From Laetmonice hystrix (Eukaryota), in the NCBI GenBank assembly GCA_965235115.1, contig OZ249438.1, positions 43,586,001-43,650,000 of the forward strand: a stretch of DNA of 64,000 nucleotides, in the 5' to 3' direction. Positions 1 to 12,579 of the stretch are shown here, piece after piece. Below the pieces are notes generated by a model. That model was not told the origin of the DNA and did no database searches. It was given only the letters and a program-made list of their open reading frames with translations. Numbering within the stretch: position 1 is the first letter of the stretch; every line of letters starts with the position of its first letter. Both the position numbers and the translations under genes were made by a program.

Positions 1-228
1 GATCAAGTGTAGAGCTTTGATTAGCCTCCATACAGCGCCATGAACTGATCAAGTGTAGAGCTTTGATCAGCCTCCATACAGAGCCATGAACTGATCAAGT
101 GTAGAGCTTTGATTAGCCTCCATACAGCGCCATGAACTGATCAAGTGTAGAGCTTTGATTAGCCTCCATACAGCGCCATGAACTGATCAAGTGTAGAGCT
201 TTGATCAGCCTCCATACAGCGCCATGGA
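1..228. repeat. 46-bp minisatellite, ~5 copies, open at the window edge
   Basis: Unit gatcaagtgtagagctttgattagcctccatacagcgccatgaact. Confidence 0.95.
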
Positions 229-338
229 ACATGCAATCACTGATTGTAGTCCCCAAAGATTTGTTTTTGAATTGTGCTCTCCTCTTACTTTCTAATAACA
301 GTCCGATCCATTTTTGCGATTTGCCTTGCGATGCCTTG

Positions 339-797
339 CTAAAGTGATTCCGGTGAGGATATAGCATACTAAAGTGATTCCGGGGAGGATATAGCATACT
401 AAAGTGATTCCGGTGAGGATATAGCATACTAAAGTGATTCCGGTGAGGATATAGCATACTAAAGTGATTCAGGGGAGGATATAGCATACTGAAGTGATTC
501 AGGTGAGGATATAGCATACTAAAGTGATTCAGGTGAGGATATAGCATACTAAAGTAATTCGGGTGAGGATATAGCATACTAAAGTAATTCAGGTGAGGAT
601 ATAGCATACTAAAGTGATTCAGGTGAGGATATAGCATACTAAAGTAATTCAGGTGAGGATATAGCATACTAAAGTGATTCAGGTGAGGATATAGCATACT
701 AAAGTGATTCAGGTGAGGACATAGCATACTAAAGTGATTCAGGTGAGGACATAGCATACTAAAGTAATTCAGGTGAGGATATAGCATACTAAAGTGA
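339..797. repeat. 30-bp minisatellite, ~15 copies
   Basis: Unit aaagtgattcaggtgaggatatagcatact; source of ORF 113..787. Confidence 0.97.
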
Positions 798-1450
798 AAT
801 CACTAAGAAATGGATTCTCGCCAGATTTCTCGATGTTCACGATTTCGTCTCCATTTGACAATCGAGAAGACATGAATGATAATTCCTCAGTATCAGGTTT
901 CACGTGTTGTCGTGTCAATATTTGTGTTTAATTCTCGCTCGGTATGGAGACTCTATGATTGTCAGCCTCCGCTGTCGAATCGTGATCTGAACCCAGTCAG
1001 GATAATTTCTAATGAATAATGTATTTTATAGATACGCGGTATTAGGGGATAACTCGCATTCATTTCATGTCCACCGACTGCGGCGGTGTCCATGAAAGAT
1101 TCATGTCAACCATAGTTATGACTATGCAAAGATTCATGTCGAAATTTCTGGTGAATAGATCATGTTAAACGCACCGAGTGGGGAGGTTCAACTCTTTATG
1201 GGAATCATCAAAAAATTTTGCGTTATTCTTGGCAAAATCGTGAAATAAAATTGAGAAGGAAGCTATCCTTTTGAACGTGTATATTCAACATTTACTGCAT
1301 ACATTGTATGATGGAATCGCTGGACGCTGTTATTCAATCCTTGACAACCCTGAAATATTTGTTCAGTTCTTAAAATGCGAAAACAGGGTTTGATACCAGG
1401 AAAGACACCTTTAATTCCCGAACGGTGCTACACGTCGCCTGCTGGGAAGG

Positions 1451-1491
1451 TCAATCTATATTCAAATACTGAGCTCTACTGAATAATCTCC
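1451..1491 (-). CDS. Candidate terminal coding exon (WRLFSRAQYLNID*)
   Basis: Acceptor ttctatctgttgacag, phase 1, stop TGA at 1453-1451. Confidence 0.18.
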
Positions 1492-1540
1492 CTGTCAACA
1501 GATAGAACGCCCAACTTGTACCGCATTAATCAGCATGTAC

Positions 1541-2682
1541 GATGACTAATCCCACCACTAACCTAACACATACATTCATGTTTCCTTCCATGGCACGATG
1601 ACTAATCCCACCACTAACCTAACACATACATTCATGTTTCCGTCCAGGGATGGCACGATGACTAATCCCACCACTAACCTAACACATACATTCATGTTTC
1701 CTTCCAGAGATGGCACGATGACTAATCCCACCACTAACCTAACACATACATTCATGTTTCCTTCCATGGTACGATGACTAATCCCACCACTAACCTAACA
1801 CATACATTCATGTTTCCTTCCATGGCACGATGACTAATCCCACCACTAACCTAACACATACATTCATGTTTCCGTCCATGGCACGATGACTAATCCCACC
1901 ACTAACCTAACACATACATTCATGTTTCCTTCCATGGTACGATGACTAATCCCACCACTAACCTAACACATACATTCATGTTTCCTTCCATGGCACGATG
2001 ACTAATCCCACCACTAACCTAACACATACATTCATGTTTCCTTCCATGGCACGATGACTAATCCCACCACTAACCTAACACATACATTCATGTTTCCTTC
2101 CATGGCACGATGACTAATCCCACCACTAACCTAACACATACATTCATGTTTCCGTCCAGGGATGGCACGATGACTAATCCCACCACTAACCTAACACATA
2201 CATTCATGTTTCCGTCCAGGGATGGCACAATGACTAATCCCACCACTAACCTAACACATACATTCATGTTTCCTTCCAGGGATGGCACGATGACTAATCC
2301 CACCACTAACCTAACACATACATTCATGTTTCCGTCCATGGCACGATGACTAATCCCACCACTAACCTAACACATACATTCATGTTTCCTTCCATGGCAC
2401 GATGACTAATCCCACCACTAACCTAACACATACATTCATGTTTCCGTCCATGGCACGATGACTAATCCCACCACTAACCTAACACATACATTCATGTTTC
2501 CTTCCATGGCACGATGACTAATCCCACCACTAACCTAACACATACATTCATGTTTCCTTCCATGGTACGATGACTAATCCCACCACTAACCTAACACATA
2601 CATTCATGTTTCCTTCCATGGTACGGTGACTAATCCCACCACTAACCTAACACATACATTCATGTTTCCTTCCAGAGATGGC
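1541..2682. repeat. 56/60-bp minisatellite, ~20 copies
   Basis: Unit gatgactaatcccaccactaacctaacacatacattcatgtttccttccatggcac. Confidence 0.97.
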
Positions 2683-2941
2683 CACTCTCCAGGCCGGGCT
2701 GTTAAAGACGTCAGCCGCGCTCCGAGCGGAGGTTTGCCATACAACCCATTCAGATGGATAGGGTGTTAAGTCAGAATGATAGGAGCCAGTGCTCCCCGTG
2801 AGGTCGTGTACGCCCTCGTCAATACGACACGATTCTGACTGATGTCGATGAAGCTGGTCCCTCGGAGCGCGGACCCGATTACTGCACTCGAGATGGCACT
2901 TCCCTAACTCATTGTGTTCATCAGCAATCTTAGCGACGTGT
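2658..2941 (-). CDS. Candidate exon (HVAKIADEHNELG...SGRKHE), in phase with the previous candidate
   Basis: 284 nt open, phase 2 to 1; weak acceptor gcgctag, donor gtatgt lying in the first unit of the 56-bp array. Confidence 0.25.
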
Positions 2942-3105
2942 CTAGCGCATCAGTGCGTCAATATTGGCCGGCACCACTTCCACTGAAGATAGAACCCAAA
3001 CATATATCCAGGCCAGGAATCTGGAATTAATCATTGATTTCCAGGATTTCTATAACCACAAACCATTGGATAACGTAGGACGGCAGGCGACAAACACCGA
3101 CTAAC

Positions 3106-3341
3106 CGCAGGAAGTGTGTGTTGATAACGGTATAGAAGGTCCATGATAAAGAACCATCCTCGGCCGACAGAACACAAAAGTGGGAATCACTCGTGGGCGG
3201 CCACCGCAGGAGTTGTGGGAAACGCCGGGATTTCAAGGGCTCCAAGGCAATCAAGACAAGGCACTCGCAAGTTTTCAAACCCCGACAGGGCCTTATTAAG
3301 TGAGGAAAATTCGGTTTTCTGACTATGGAGGAGCAGTCGGC
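3106..3341 (-). CDS. Candidate exon of an unidentified minus-strand gene
   Basis: Acceptor tattttcag, donor gttagt, 236 nt open, phase 0 to 2. No homology recognised. Confidence 0.22.
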
Positions 3342-4059
3342 CTGAAAATACTTCAAAGCATCTGCTTCATGTAGCAGAAAATGAAATGACAGTCCCCCAC
3401 GGCAGGGTGTCGTGCCAAGTTGCCAAGGTCCACGGAAACAACCAGAACATAATAGTGCAGAAAATGTAAATGATGAGGATCAACAGAATGCAGTGTGAAT
3501 GGTAGGTGTACTGGTTGTAAACGCGCTAAGTGTGTGTGTGTGTCAACTCGGACCTGAATCCGTCCTCGGAATACACATTGCTAGCATCGATAGATTGGAT
3601 TACTGCAGCAGCGCGATGATTGTGTAACATGTAATCGGAACATTGATAACTGAGGTAGAATATCAAGACAGGTACAACAGTGGGTGGCTTCACTCGGATA
3701 CACACCGAACCAAAGACAACCGCTAACCGTACACACAGTGAACGGTGTTGACCTTGGCTGAGAACCCTTCTCCACATCCACACGACCCGAGCAGCCATTT
3801 ACCTCCAGGGCCGGACCTCCGGGCAGCACGAGGTGTTAGTAGTGATGAGTTGGCCCCAGCTAAACCCCACAGATCTCTAACAGTTTGGCATGCGGGGGGC
3901 GACGTCACACGTGGATTGCCCCGACATTCATGCAATATTGATCAGCTGAGCCGGGCGCTGGTTGGGGTATAACTAGGAGAACTCGACCCGACGAGAAGTT
4001 GGCCTCTGATCAGGCCGGGTCAGTGAGGGGGCATATGGTACGGAGGACGGCGGGGGTAG

Positions 4060-4352
4060 GGCTCAGACAGGAAGGGCTCAGCCAGGAGGAGCTCAGCCAG
4101 GAAGGGTTCAGCCAGAGGGAGCTCAGACAGGGCGGGCTCAGCCAGGACGGGCTCAGCCAGGAGGAGCTCAGCCAGGACGGGCTCAGACAGGAGGAGCTCA
4201 GCCAGGAGGAGCTCAGCCAGGAAGGGCTCAGCCAGGAGGAGCTCAGCCAGGAGGGGCTCAGCCAGGAGGAGCTCAGCCAGGACGGGCTCAGCCAGGACGG
4301 GCTCAGACAGTACGGGCTCAGCAAGGACGGGCTCAGTCTGAACGAGCTCAGC
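4060..4352. repeat. Degenerate 15-bp repeat, ~19 copies
   Basis: Unit g(a/g)gctcagccagga(g/c/a). Confidence 0.92.
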
Positions 4353-4723
4353 CAGGACGGTCTGCAGGGCGGGCGGGGAACTAAGCTGAGGTGCACGTGT
4401 TCCGAGACCATGGTCGACCTGGAAGGGTACCTCATCCTGGTCGTGCAGACGATCGACGGAAACATCCGACTGTTCGGTAGGTCGCTCCTTGTCGTCGTGT
4501 TTGCTAGGACAGTCATGTTGTGCTGTGGAAGGGTGGGGTGTCTAGAAATCGTTGTGGTGACTTAGTTGGTGGTTTTTTAAACACTTTTCTTGTAGGTCTT
4601 TAGAAATGGAATATATGGATTACATTGATTATGCGTGGATGATGTCATCATTCACGCGTGTGGAATCGTTTCTTCATTTAATTTTTAACAAAATGTTACC
4701 CCAGTGCGGCTGGTCCTTCCTAC

Positions 4724-5058
4724 CCCGACCCGCTGCCCGGACAGACCCGCTGCCCGGACCGACCCGCTGTCCGGAGCGACCCGCTGCCCGGACCGACCCG
4801 CTGCCCGGACCGACCCGCCGCCCGGAGCGACCCGCTGCCCGGAGCGACCCGGTGCCCGGAGCGACCCGCTGCCCGGACAGACCCGCTGCCCGGACAGACC
4901 CGCTGTCCGGAGCGACCCGCTGCCCGGACCGACCCGCTGTCCGGAGCGACCCGCTGCCCGGACCGACCCGCTGCCCGGACCGACCCGCTGCCCGGACCGA
5001 CCCGCTGCCCGGACCGACCCGCCGCCCGGAGCGACCCGCTGCCCGGACCGACCCGCTT
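4724..5058. repeat. GC-rich 17-bp minisatellite, ~20 copies
   Basis: Unit gacccgctgcccggacc. Confidence 0.96.
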
Positions 5059-5185
5059 CCACCTGTTTGAACTATTAATGACCTGTGGTCCGGCCGACCG
5101 GCCTCACACTGATGGATGTTCGTATAAACCGTTCACAGCCTGGGGAGTTTCATGAACACTTTGGCTCGGGTGGAGCCCATTGGGA

Positions 5186-8100
5186 CATAGGTTAGACACG
5201 TTGGTGTGGGCAGTGAGTATAGGGGAGAAAGTCCTTTAATAGAGACGTTGGTGTGGGCAGTGAGTATGGAGGAGAAAGTCCTTTAATAGAGACGTTGGTG
5301 TGGGCAGTGAGTATGGAGGAGAAAGTCCTTTAATAGAGACGTTGGTGTGGGCAGTGAGTATGGAGGAGAAAGTCCTTTAATAGAGACGTTGGTTGAGCAG
5401 TGGGTATGGAGGAGAAAGTACTTTAATAGAGACGTTGGTGTGGGCAGTGAGTATGGAGGAGAAGGTCCTTTAATAGAGACGTTGGTGTGGGCAGTGAGTA
5501 TGGAGGAGGAAGTCCTTTAATAGAGACGATGGTTCGGCAGTGGGTATGGGGGAGAAAGTCCTTTAATAGAGACGTTGGTGTGGGCAGTGAGTATGGAGGA
5601 GAAAGTCCTTTAATAGAGACGTTGGTTGAGCAGTGGGTATGGTGGAGAAAGTACTTTAATAGAGACGTTGGTGTGGGCAGTGAGTATGGAGGAGGAAGTC
5701 CTTTAATAGAGACGATGGTTCGGCAGTGGGTATGGGGGAGAAAGTCCTTTAATAGAGACGTTGGTGTGGGCAGTGAGTATGGAGGAGGAAGTCCTTTAAT
5801 AGAGACGTTGGTGTGGGCAGTGAGTATGGAGGAGAAAGTCCTTTAATAGAGACGTTGGTGTGGGCAGTGAGTATGGAGGAGAAAGTCCTTTAATAGAGAC
5901 GTTGGTGTGGGCAGTGAGTATGGAGGAGAAAGTCCTTTAATAGAGACGTTGGTGTGGGCAGTGAGTATGGAGGAGAAAGTCCTTTAATAGAGACGTTGGT
6001 GTGGGCAGTGAGTATGGAGGAGAAAGTCCTTTGGTGTGGGCAGTGGGTATGGGGGAGAAAGTCCTTTAATAGAGACGTTGGTGTGGGCAGTGAGTATGGA
6101 GTAGAAAGTCCTTTAATAGAGACGTTGGTGTGGGCAGTGAGTATGGAGGAGAAAGTCCTTTAATAGAGACGTTGGTGTGGGCAGTGGGTATGGGGGAGAA
6201 AGTCCTTTAATAGACACGTTGGTGTGGGCAGTGAGTATGGGGGAGAAAGTCCTTTAATAGAGACGTTGGTGTGGGCAGTGAGTATGGAGTAGAAAGTCCT
6301 TTAATAGAGACGTTGGTGTGGGCAGTGAGTATGGAGGAGAAAGTCCTTTAATAGAGACGTTGGTGTGGGCAGTGAGTATGGAGGAGAAAGTCCTTTAATA
6401 GAGACGTTGGTGTGGGCAGTGAGTATGGAGGAGAAAGTCCTTTAATAGAGACGTTGGTTGAGCAGTGGGTATGGAGGAGAAAGTACTTTAATAGAGACGT
6501 TGGTGTGGGCAGTGAGTATGGAGGAGAAAGTCCTTTAATAGACACGTTGGTTCGGCAGTGGGTATGGGGGAGAAAGTCCTTTAATAGAGACGTTGGTGTG
6601 GGCAGTGAGTACGGAGGAGAAAGTCCTTTAATAGACACGTTGGTGTGGGCAGTGAGTATGGGGGAGAAAGTCCTTTAATAGAGACGTTGGTGTGGGCAGT
6701 GGGTATGGAGGAGAAAGTCCTTTAATAGACACGTTGGTGTGGGCAGTGAGTATGGAGGAGAAAGTCCTTTAATAGAGACGTTGGTGTGGGCAGTGAGTAT
6801 GGGGGAGAAAGTCCTTTAATAGACACGTTGGTTCGGCAGTGAGTATGGGGGAGAAAGTCCTTTAATAGACACGTTGGTTGGGCAGTGGGTATGGAGGAGA
6901 AAGTCCTTTAATAGAGACGTTGGTGTGGGCAGTGTGTATGAAGGAGGAAGTCCTTTAAGACATAGGTTAGAGACGTTGGTTGGGCAGTGGTTAGACACGT
7001 TGGTTGGGCAGTATGTATCAGAGGAGAAAGCCCTTTAAGACATAGGTTAGACACGTTGGTTGGCCAGTGGTTAGACACGTTGGTTGGCCAGTGGTTAGAC
7101 ACGTTGGTTGGCCAGTTGTTAGACACGTTGGTTGGGCAGTATGTATCAGAGGAGAAAGCCCTTTAAGACATAGGTTAGACACGTTGGTTGGGCAGTGGGT
7201 ATCAGAGGAGAAAGCCCTTTAAGACATAGGTTAGACACGTTGGTTGGGCAGTGGTTAGACACGTTGGTTGGGCAGTGGTTAGACACGTTGGTTGGGCAGT
7301 ATGTATCAGAGGAGGAAGTCCTTTAAGACATAGGTTAGAGACGTTGGTGTGGGCAGTGGTTAGACACGTTGGTTGGGCAGTATGTATCAGAGGAGGAAGT
7401 CCTTTAAGACATAGGTTAGAGACGTTGGTGTGGGCAGTGGGTATCAGAGGAGGAAGTCCTTTAAGACATAGGTTAGAGACGTTGGTGTGGGCAGTGAGTA
7501 TGGAGGAGAAAGTCCTTTAATAGACACGTTGGTTCGGCAGTGAGTATGGGGGAGAAAGTCCTTTAATAGACACGTTGGTTGGGCAGTGGGTATGGAGGAG
7601 AAAGTCCTTTAATAGAGACGTTGGTGTGGGCAGTGTGTATGAAGGAGGAAGTCCTTTAAGACATAGGTTAGAGACGTTGGTTGGGCAGTGGTTAGACACG
7701 TTGGTTGGGCAGTATGTATCAGAGGAGAAAGCCCTTTAAGACATAGGTTAGACACGTTGGTTGGCCAGTGGTTAGACACGTTGGTTGGCCAGTGGTTAGA
7801 CACGTTGGTTGGCCAGTTGTTAGACACGTTGGTTGGGCAGTATGTATCAGAGGAGAAAGCCCTTTAAGACATAGGTTAGACACGTTGGTTGGGCAGTGGG
7901 TATCAGAGGAGAAAGCCCTTTAAGACATAGGTTAGACACGTTGGTTGGGCAGTGGTTAGACACGTTGGTTGGGCAGTGGTTAGACACGTTGGTTGGGCAG
8001 TATGTATCAGAGGAGGAAGTCCTTTAAGACATAGGTTAGAGACGTTGGTGTGGGCAGTGGTTAGACACGTTGGTTGGGCAGTATGTATCAGAGGAGGAAG

Positions 8101-10000
8101 TCCTTTAAGACATAGGTTAGAGACGTTGGTTGGGCAGTGGTTAGAGACGTTGGTTGGGCAGTGGGTATCAGAGGAGGAAGTCCTTTAAGACATAGGTTAG
8201 AGACGTTGGTTGGGCAGTGGGTATCAGAGGAGGAAGTCCTTTAAGACATAGGTTAGACACGTTGGTTGAGCAGTGGGTATCAGAGGAGGAAGTCCTTTAA
8301 GACATAGGTTAGAGACGTTGGTTGGGCAGTGGTTAGACACGTTGGTTGGGCAGTATGTATCAGAGGAGGAAGTCCTTTAAGACATAGGTTAGAGACGTTG
8401 GTTGGGCAGTGGTTAGAGACGTTGGTTGGGCAGTGGGTATCAGAGGAGGAAGTCCTTTAAGACATAGGTTAGAGACGTTGGTTGGGCAGTGGGTATCAGA
8501 GGAGGAAGTCCTTTAAGACATAGGTTAGAGACGTTGGTTGGGCAGTGGGTATCAGAGGAGGAAGTCCTTTAAGACATAGGTTAGAGACGTTGGTTGGGCA
8601 GTGGGTATCAGAGGAGGAAGCTCTTTAAGGCATAGGTTAGAGACGTTGGTGTGGGCAGTGGTTAGACACGTTGGTTGGGCAGTATGTATCAGAGGAGGAA
8701 GTCCTTTAAGACATAGGTTAGAGACGTTGGTTGGGCAGTGGTTAGAGACGTTGGTTGGGCAGTGGGTATCAGAGGAGGAAGTCCTTTAAGACATAGGTTA
8801 GAGACGTTGGTTGGGCAGTGGGTATCAGAGGAGGAAGTCCTTTAAGACATAGGTTAGACACGTTGGTTGAGCAGTGGGTATCAGAGGAGGAAGTCCTTTA
8901 AGACATAGGTTAGAGACGTTGGTTGGGCAGTGGTTAGACACGTTGGTTGGGCTGTGGGTATCAGAGGAGGAAGTCCTTTAAGACATAGGTTAGAGACGTT
9001 GGTTGGGCAGTGGTTAGACACATTGGTGTGGGCAGTGGTTAGACACGTTGGTTGGCCAGTGGGTATCAGAGGAGAAAGCCCTTTAAGACATAGGTTAGAC
9101 ACGTTGGTGTGGCCAGTGGGTATCAGAGGAGAAAGCCCTTTAAGACATAGGTTAGAGACGTTGGTTGGGCAGTGGTTAGACACGTTGGTGTGGCCAGTGG
9201 GTATCAGAGGAGAAAGCCCTTTAAGACATAGGTTAGACACGTTGGTGTGGGCAGTGGGTATCAGAGGAGGAAGTCCTTTAAGACATAGGTTAGAGACGTT
9301 GGTGTGGGCAGTGGGTATCGCGGGAGGAAGTCCTTTAAGACATAGGTTAGAGACGTTGGTTGGCAGTATGTATCAGAGGAGGAAGTCCTTTAAGACATAG
9401 GTTAGACACGTTGGTTGGGCAGTGGGTATCAGAGGAGAAAGCCCTTTAAGTAATAGGTTAGAGACGTTGGTTGGGCAGTGGTTAGACACGTTGGTTGGGC
9501 AGTGGTTAGACACGTTGGTTGGGCAGTGGTTATACACGTTGGTGTGGGCAGTGGTTAGACACGTTGGTTGGGCAGTGGTTAGACACGTTGGTTGGGCAGT
9601 GGGTATCAGAGGAGAAAGCCCTTTAAGTAATAGGTTAGACACGTTGGTTGGGCAGTGGTTAGACACGTTGGTTGGGCAGTATGTATCAGAGGAGAAAGCA
9701 CTTTAAGACATAGGTTAGACACGTTGGTTGGGCAGTATGTATCAGAGGAGGAAGTCCTTTAAGACATAGGTTAGAGACGTTGGTTGGGCAGTGGGTATCG
9801 GAGGAGGAAGTCCTTTAAGACATAGGTTAGAGACGTTGGTTGGGCAGTGGGTATCAGAGGAGGAAGTCCTTTAAGACATAGGTTAGACACGTTGGTTGGG
9901 CAGTGGTTAGACACGTTGGTTGAGCGGTGGGTATCAGAGGAGGAAGTCCTTTAAGACATAGGTTAGAGACGTTGGTTGGGCAGTGGGTATCAGAGGAGAA
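5186..10000. repeat. 4.8-kb composite satellite (47-bp, 56-bp and 24-bp related units)
   Basis: Shared core gacgttggt(g)tgggcagtg; 47-bp units on the left, 56/24-bp units on the right. Confidence 0.97.
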
Positions 10001-10700
10001 ATCAGCAGGAGGTCAGTGGATGTGGTGTGTTCGTGGGGGGTCGGTGTTGTCATGGTGCGAGGACGCAGGCGTGACCTTTGAGGTGAGTCCGTCAGAAAGA
10101 GCTTGGTTTTCGTTAATCTGTACGGTCGGTAGCCACGAGATGAAGTGAGCCCTCGAGGGAGGCAGCAATTTACCCCACCCCCGTCCGCCTCCAGCCTGGC
10201 CCGGGCGGCCATTGATCTTTCTCTACAGATAACTTAGTATGCATTTATTCCTTCTCAGAGCCGTTCTTCATGGAATTCTCCTACTGAAGTCTTATTCAGA
10301 CTATCATTAAAAAAACAAATTTACATCATGCTACATGAATATGCATACATCAATGCAGCTGGATATTGGTCACCGTGAGAGGAACGCCTGCGCCATTTTA
10401 TAAAAGGTATCTTTTTTACCCTGTTGATTTGTCGGCCTGCCAGCCCTTCCGGGTACATGTGGGTCTGGGATGGTTCGTGTGTATGCCAGTTCTTTCATCT
10501 GGGATTGGTGCTTCAGGGACATACTTGTATATCCTAAACTTGATTATAGCAAAGGTGCTACGATATGATGAAACCTCTGGAGACCTCAGGCTCCTCAGCC
10601 GAGTTATTGAAAGGACTAGTGTGAAAAGGTCAACCGTTTATTTCCAGTCTGGGAGCCGGAAATTGAGGCCCAGTGTGGCGGAGAGTGGCGGAGCACTGGA

Positions 10701-10809
10701 CCGGAAGCGGAAAACCGGCCCGTGACGGCGACACGTGGGTCCCGTCTCCGCCAAGCAACCCGCCACGGTAAATGAGCGATAATTAGGTAAAATGGCAGGG
10801 CTCCACGTG
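10701..10809. promoter_or_regulatory. Promoter-like cluster: ETS ccggaag, two cacgtg, YY1-like aaaatggc
   Basis: Motifs at 10701, 10732, 10789 and 10804 in a CpG-rich patch; motif match only. Confidence 0.35.
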
Positions 10810-12579
10810 AAGAGTGACAAATGATCGTTCTGTATCTCATAGTTGAGCTATTTGTATAGACTGACACGAACTACCAATGTCATCTAGTCCTACTCTGTCA
10901 CCAACGGTCGTTTTTATAGATCGGTTTACGATACCAGTCTCGACAAAAACATTACATTAATGTGTCGCTTTCATACTAGATCTAGAAGGGCGAGCGGTTG
11001 GTGGCGGTTTGTAAACCTACGGGACATCTTTATGTGACGTGTGAATCAAGAGAAAGCACCGTGTCCGTAAAACCAACCAGACTATAGAAGGGTCTTGTTT
11101 CGTTACTAGGACCTTCTTGAACTTGATTGCTTGATCTTAGAACGTCTTAGGAATATCTTATAGAGGTTATAAGATTCCTTAAATTCAAACTAGATGTTCT
11201 AAAACACATCAGGTGTGCCACTTTAACTCCTTATCTATATTCATTGACCCCACTAGTGAGCTCATTCAGCGTATATCTCATTGAAGGCAAAATCGTTTAT
11301 TACCCAAAATGACGGTCGTTTTTTAACGTGTTGTATCATTTAAGTTACTTTCATATTAAGATCTGCGTCCAACGCCTTCGCCCGGCTGTAGTTTCACAGC
11401 ACAGCACGAGGACCGAGACGGAACGTTGAGGTCCGAGTGGGAAGTGGGGAGGAACTCCTGTTCGGCCTGGCATACACCCTTTTAAATTATACCTGGGTAG
11501 AGTCCAGGAGTTCCAGGGGTATATTTAAAAGTATACCCCGCTGTAGAATCCACGAGTTTCAAGAATTTTCCCCTGCCTCGAAAAAAATTGAAACTGGGCG
11601 GGGTCCAATTCCTACCGTTCGAAGATCTGGCGTCTGGAGAACACACGATAACCCATTGAGAGACAACTGATTTGGAACCTTGCCGCAGATTGAGCCCACT
11701 GACGGGGTACGGGTTCTATTGCTAGATCCCGTTAGAAGAGTTGTGTCCACCTATCGCCGAGTTACACCCTCACCTCTCCAAGTGGACACACACCAACCGA
11801 GCCGAACTCTTCGTACTGTCAGGTTTTCAACAGCGTCTGTTTCCAGACTACGACCGAACGTGGAGACCGGTGCCTCGTAGTTCCCTACATTACTACAGCA
11901 GTGCTAACTGCTATATATAACAACCTCCAGGTCGGGGACCATAGAAACGGTGTTTGTATTACACACCTCACAGTTCTGCTGATGTAAACAAAATTCCGAC
12001 GAAATTTCAAGTCTTGAAGTACTAAAAATCTTTCGTAGATATTAAAACTAGAGGTTAACACACATTTTGTATCAATAAAATTAGTTTTACGAAACCTAAA
12101 TGGAAATTATGAAAACCACACAGCAAAATAGCGAGGTGTGTCCTCTGACGTAGCCGTACCCGCTCGGACCACTTTGAGAAGCATTTGATATGCAAATTAA
12201 GGTGCCAGCCCGAAGGTCAGGCTATTATTGTAAGCTCTATTGTTCTCACGCCTCTTGTGCTCACTGCCCTGTGCCGTACAAAGCGCCGGGTATTGTCGGA
12301 AACCGTGTACAGGTCCGTGTAAATGGCCATCGTCAGCTAGCACTCACAAAATTATATGATGGGGGGGGGGGGGGTGTTACAAAATTAGTTTGTAGTTTTC
12401 TGTAAAGTTAAGAAGTGGGTTAAACCTTATTAAATAACGTCTACTTTAACAGGTGTCGGGAACACACCCGCCTTGTCAGATACAGGAGCTTGTGTCTGAC
12501 AGATGCCAGGGTCAGGACATTTTCTTTGTAAACAACCAATCTGTCCACCCATTCATTATACGGTATGCCTTAAATTCGC

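Noticed and set aside
113-787. 224-aa ORF of MLYPHLNHFS repeats
   Set aside because: Product of the 30-bp array; the remainder shows no protein similarity I can recognise.
1541-10000. cctaa/ttagg telomere-like pentamers inside the 56-bp and 47/56-bp arrays
   Set aside because: They occur singly within longer units, not as tandem (TTAGG)n.
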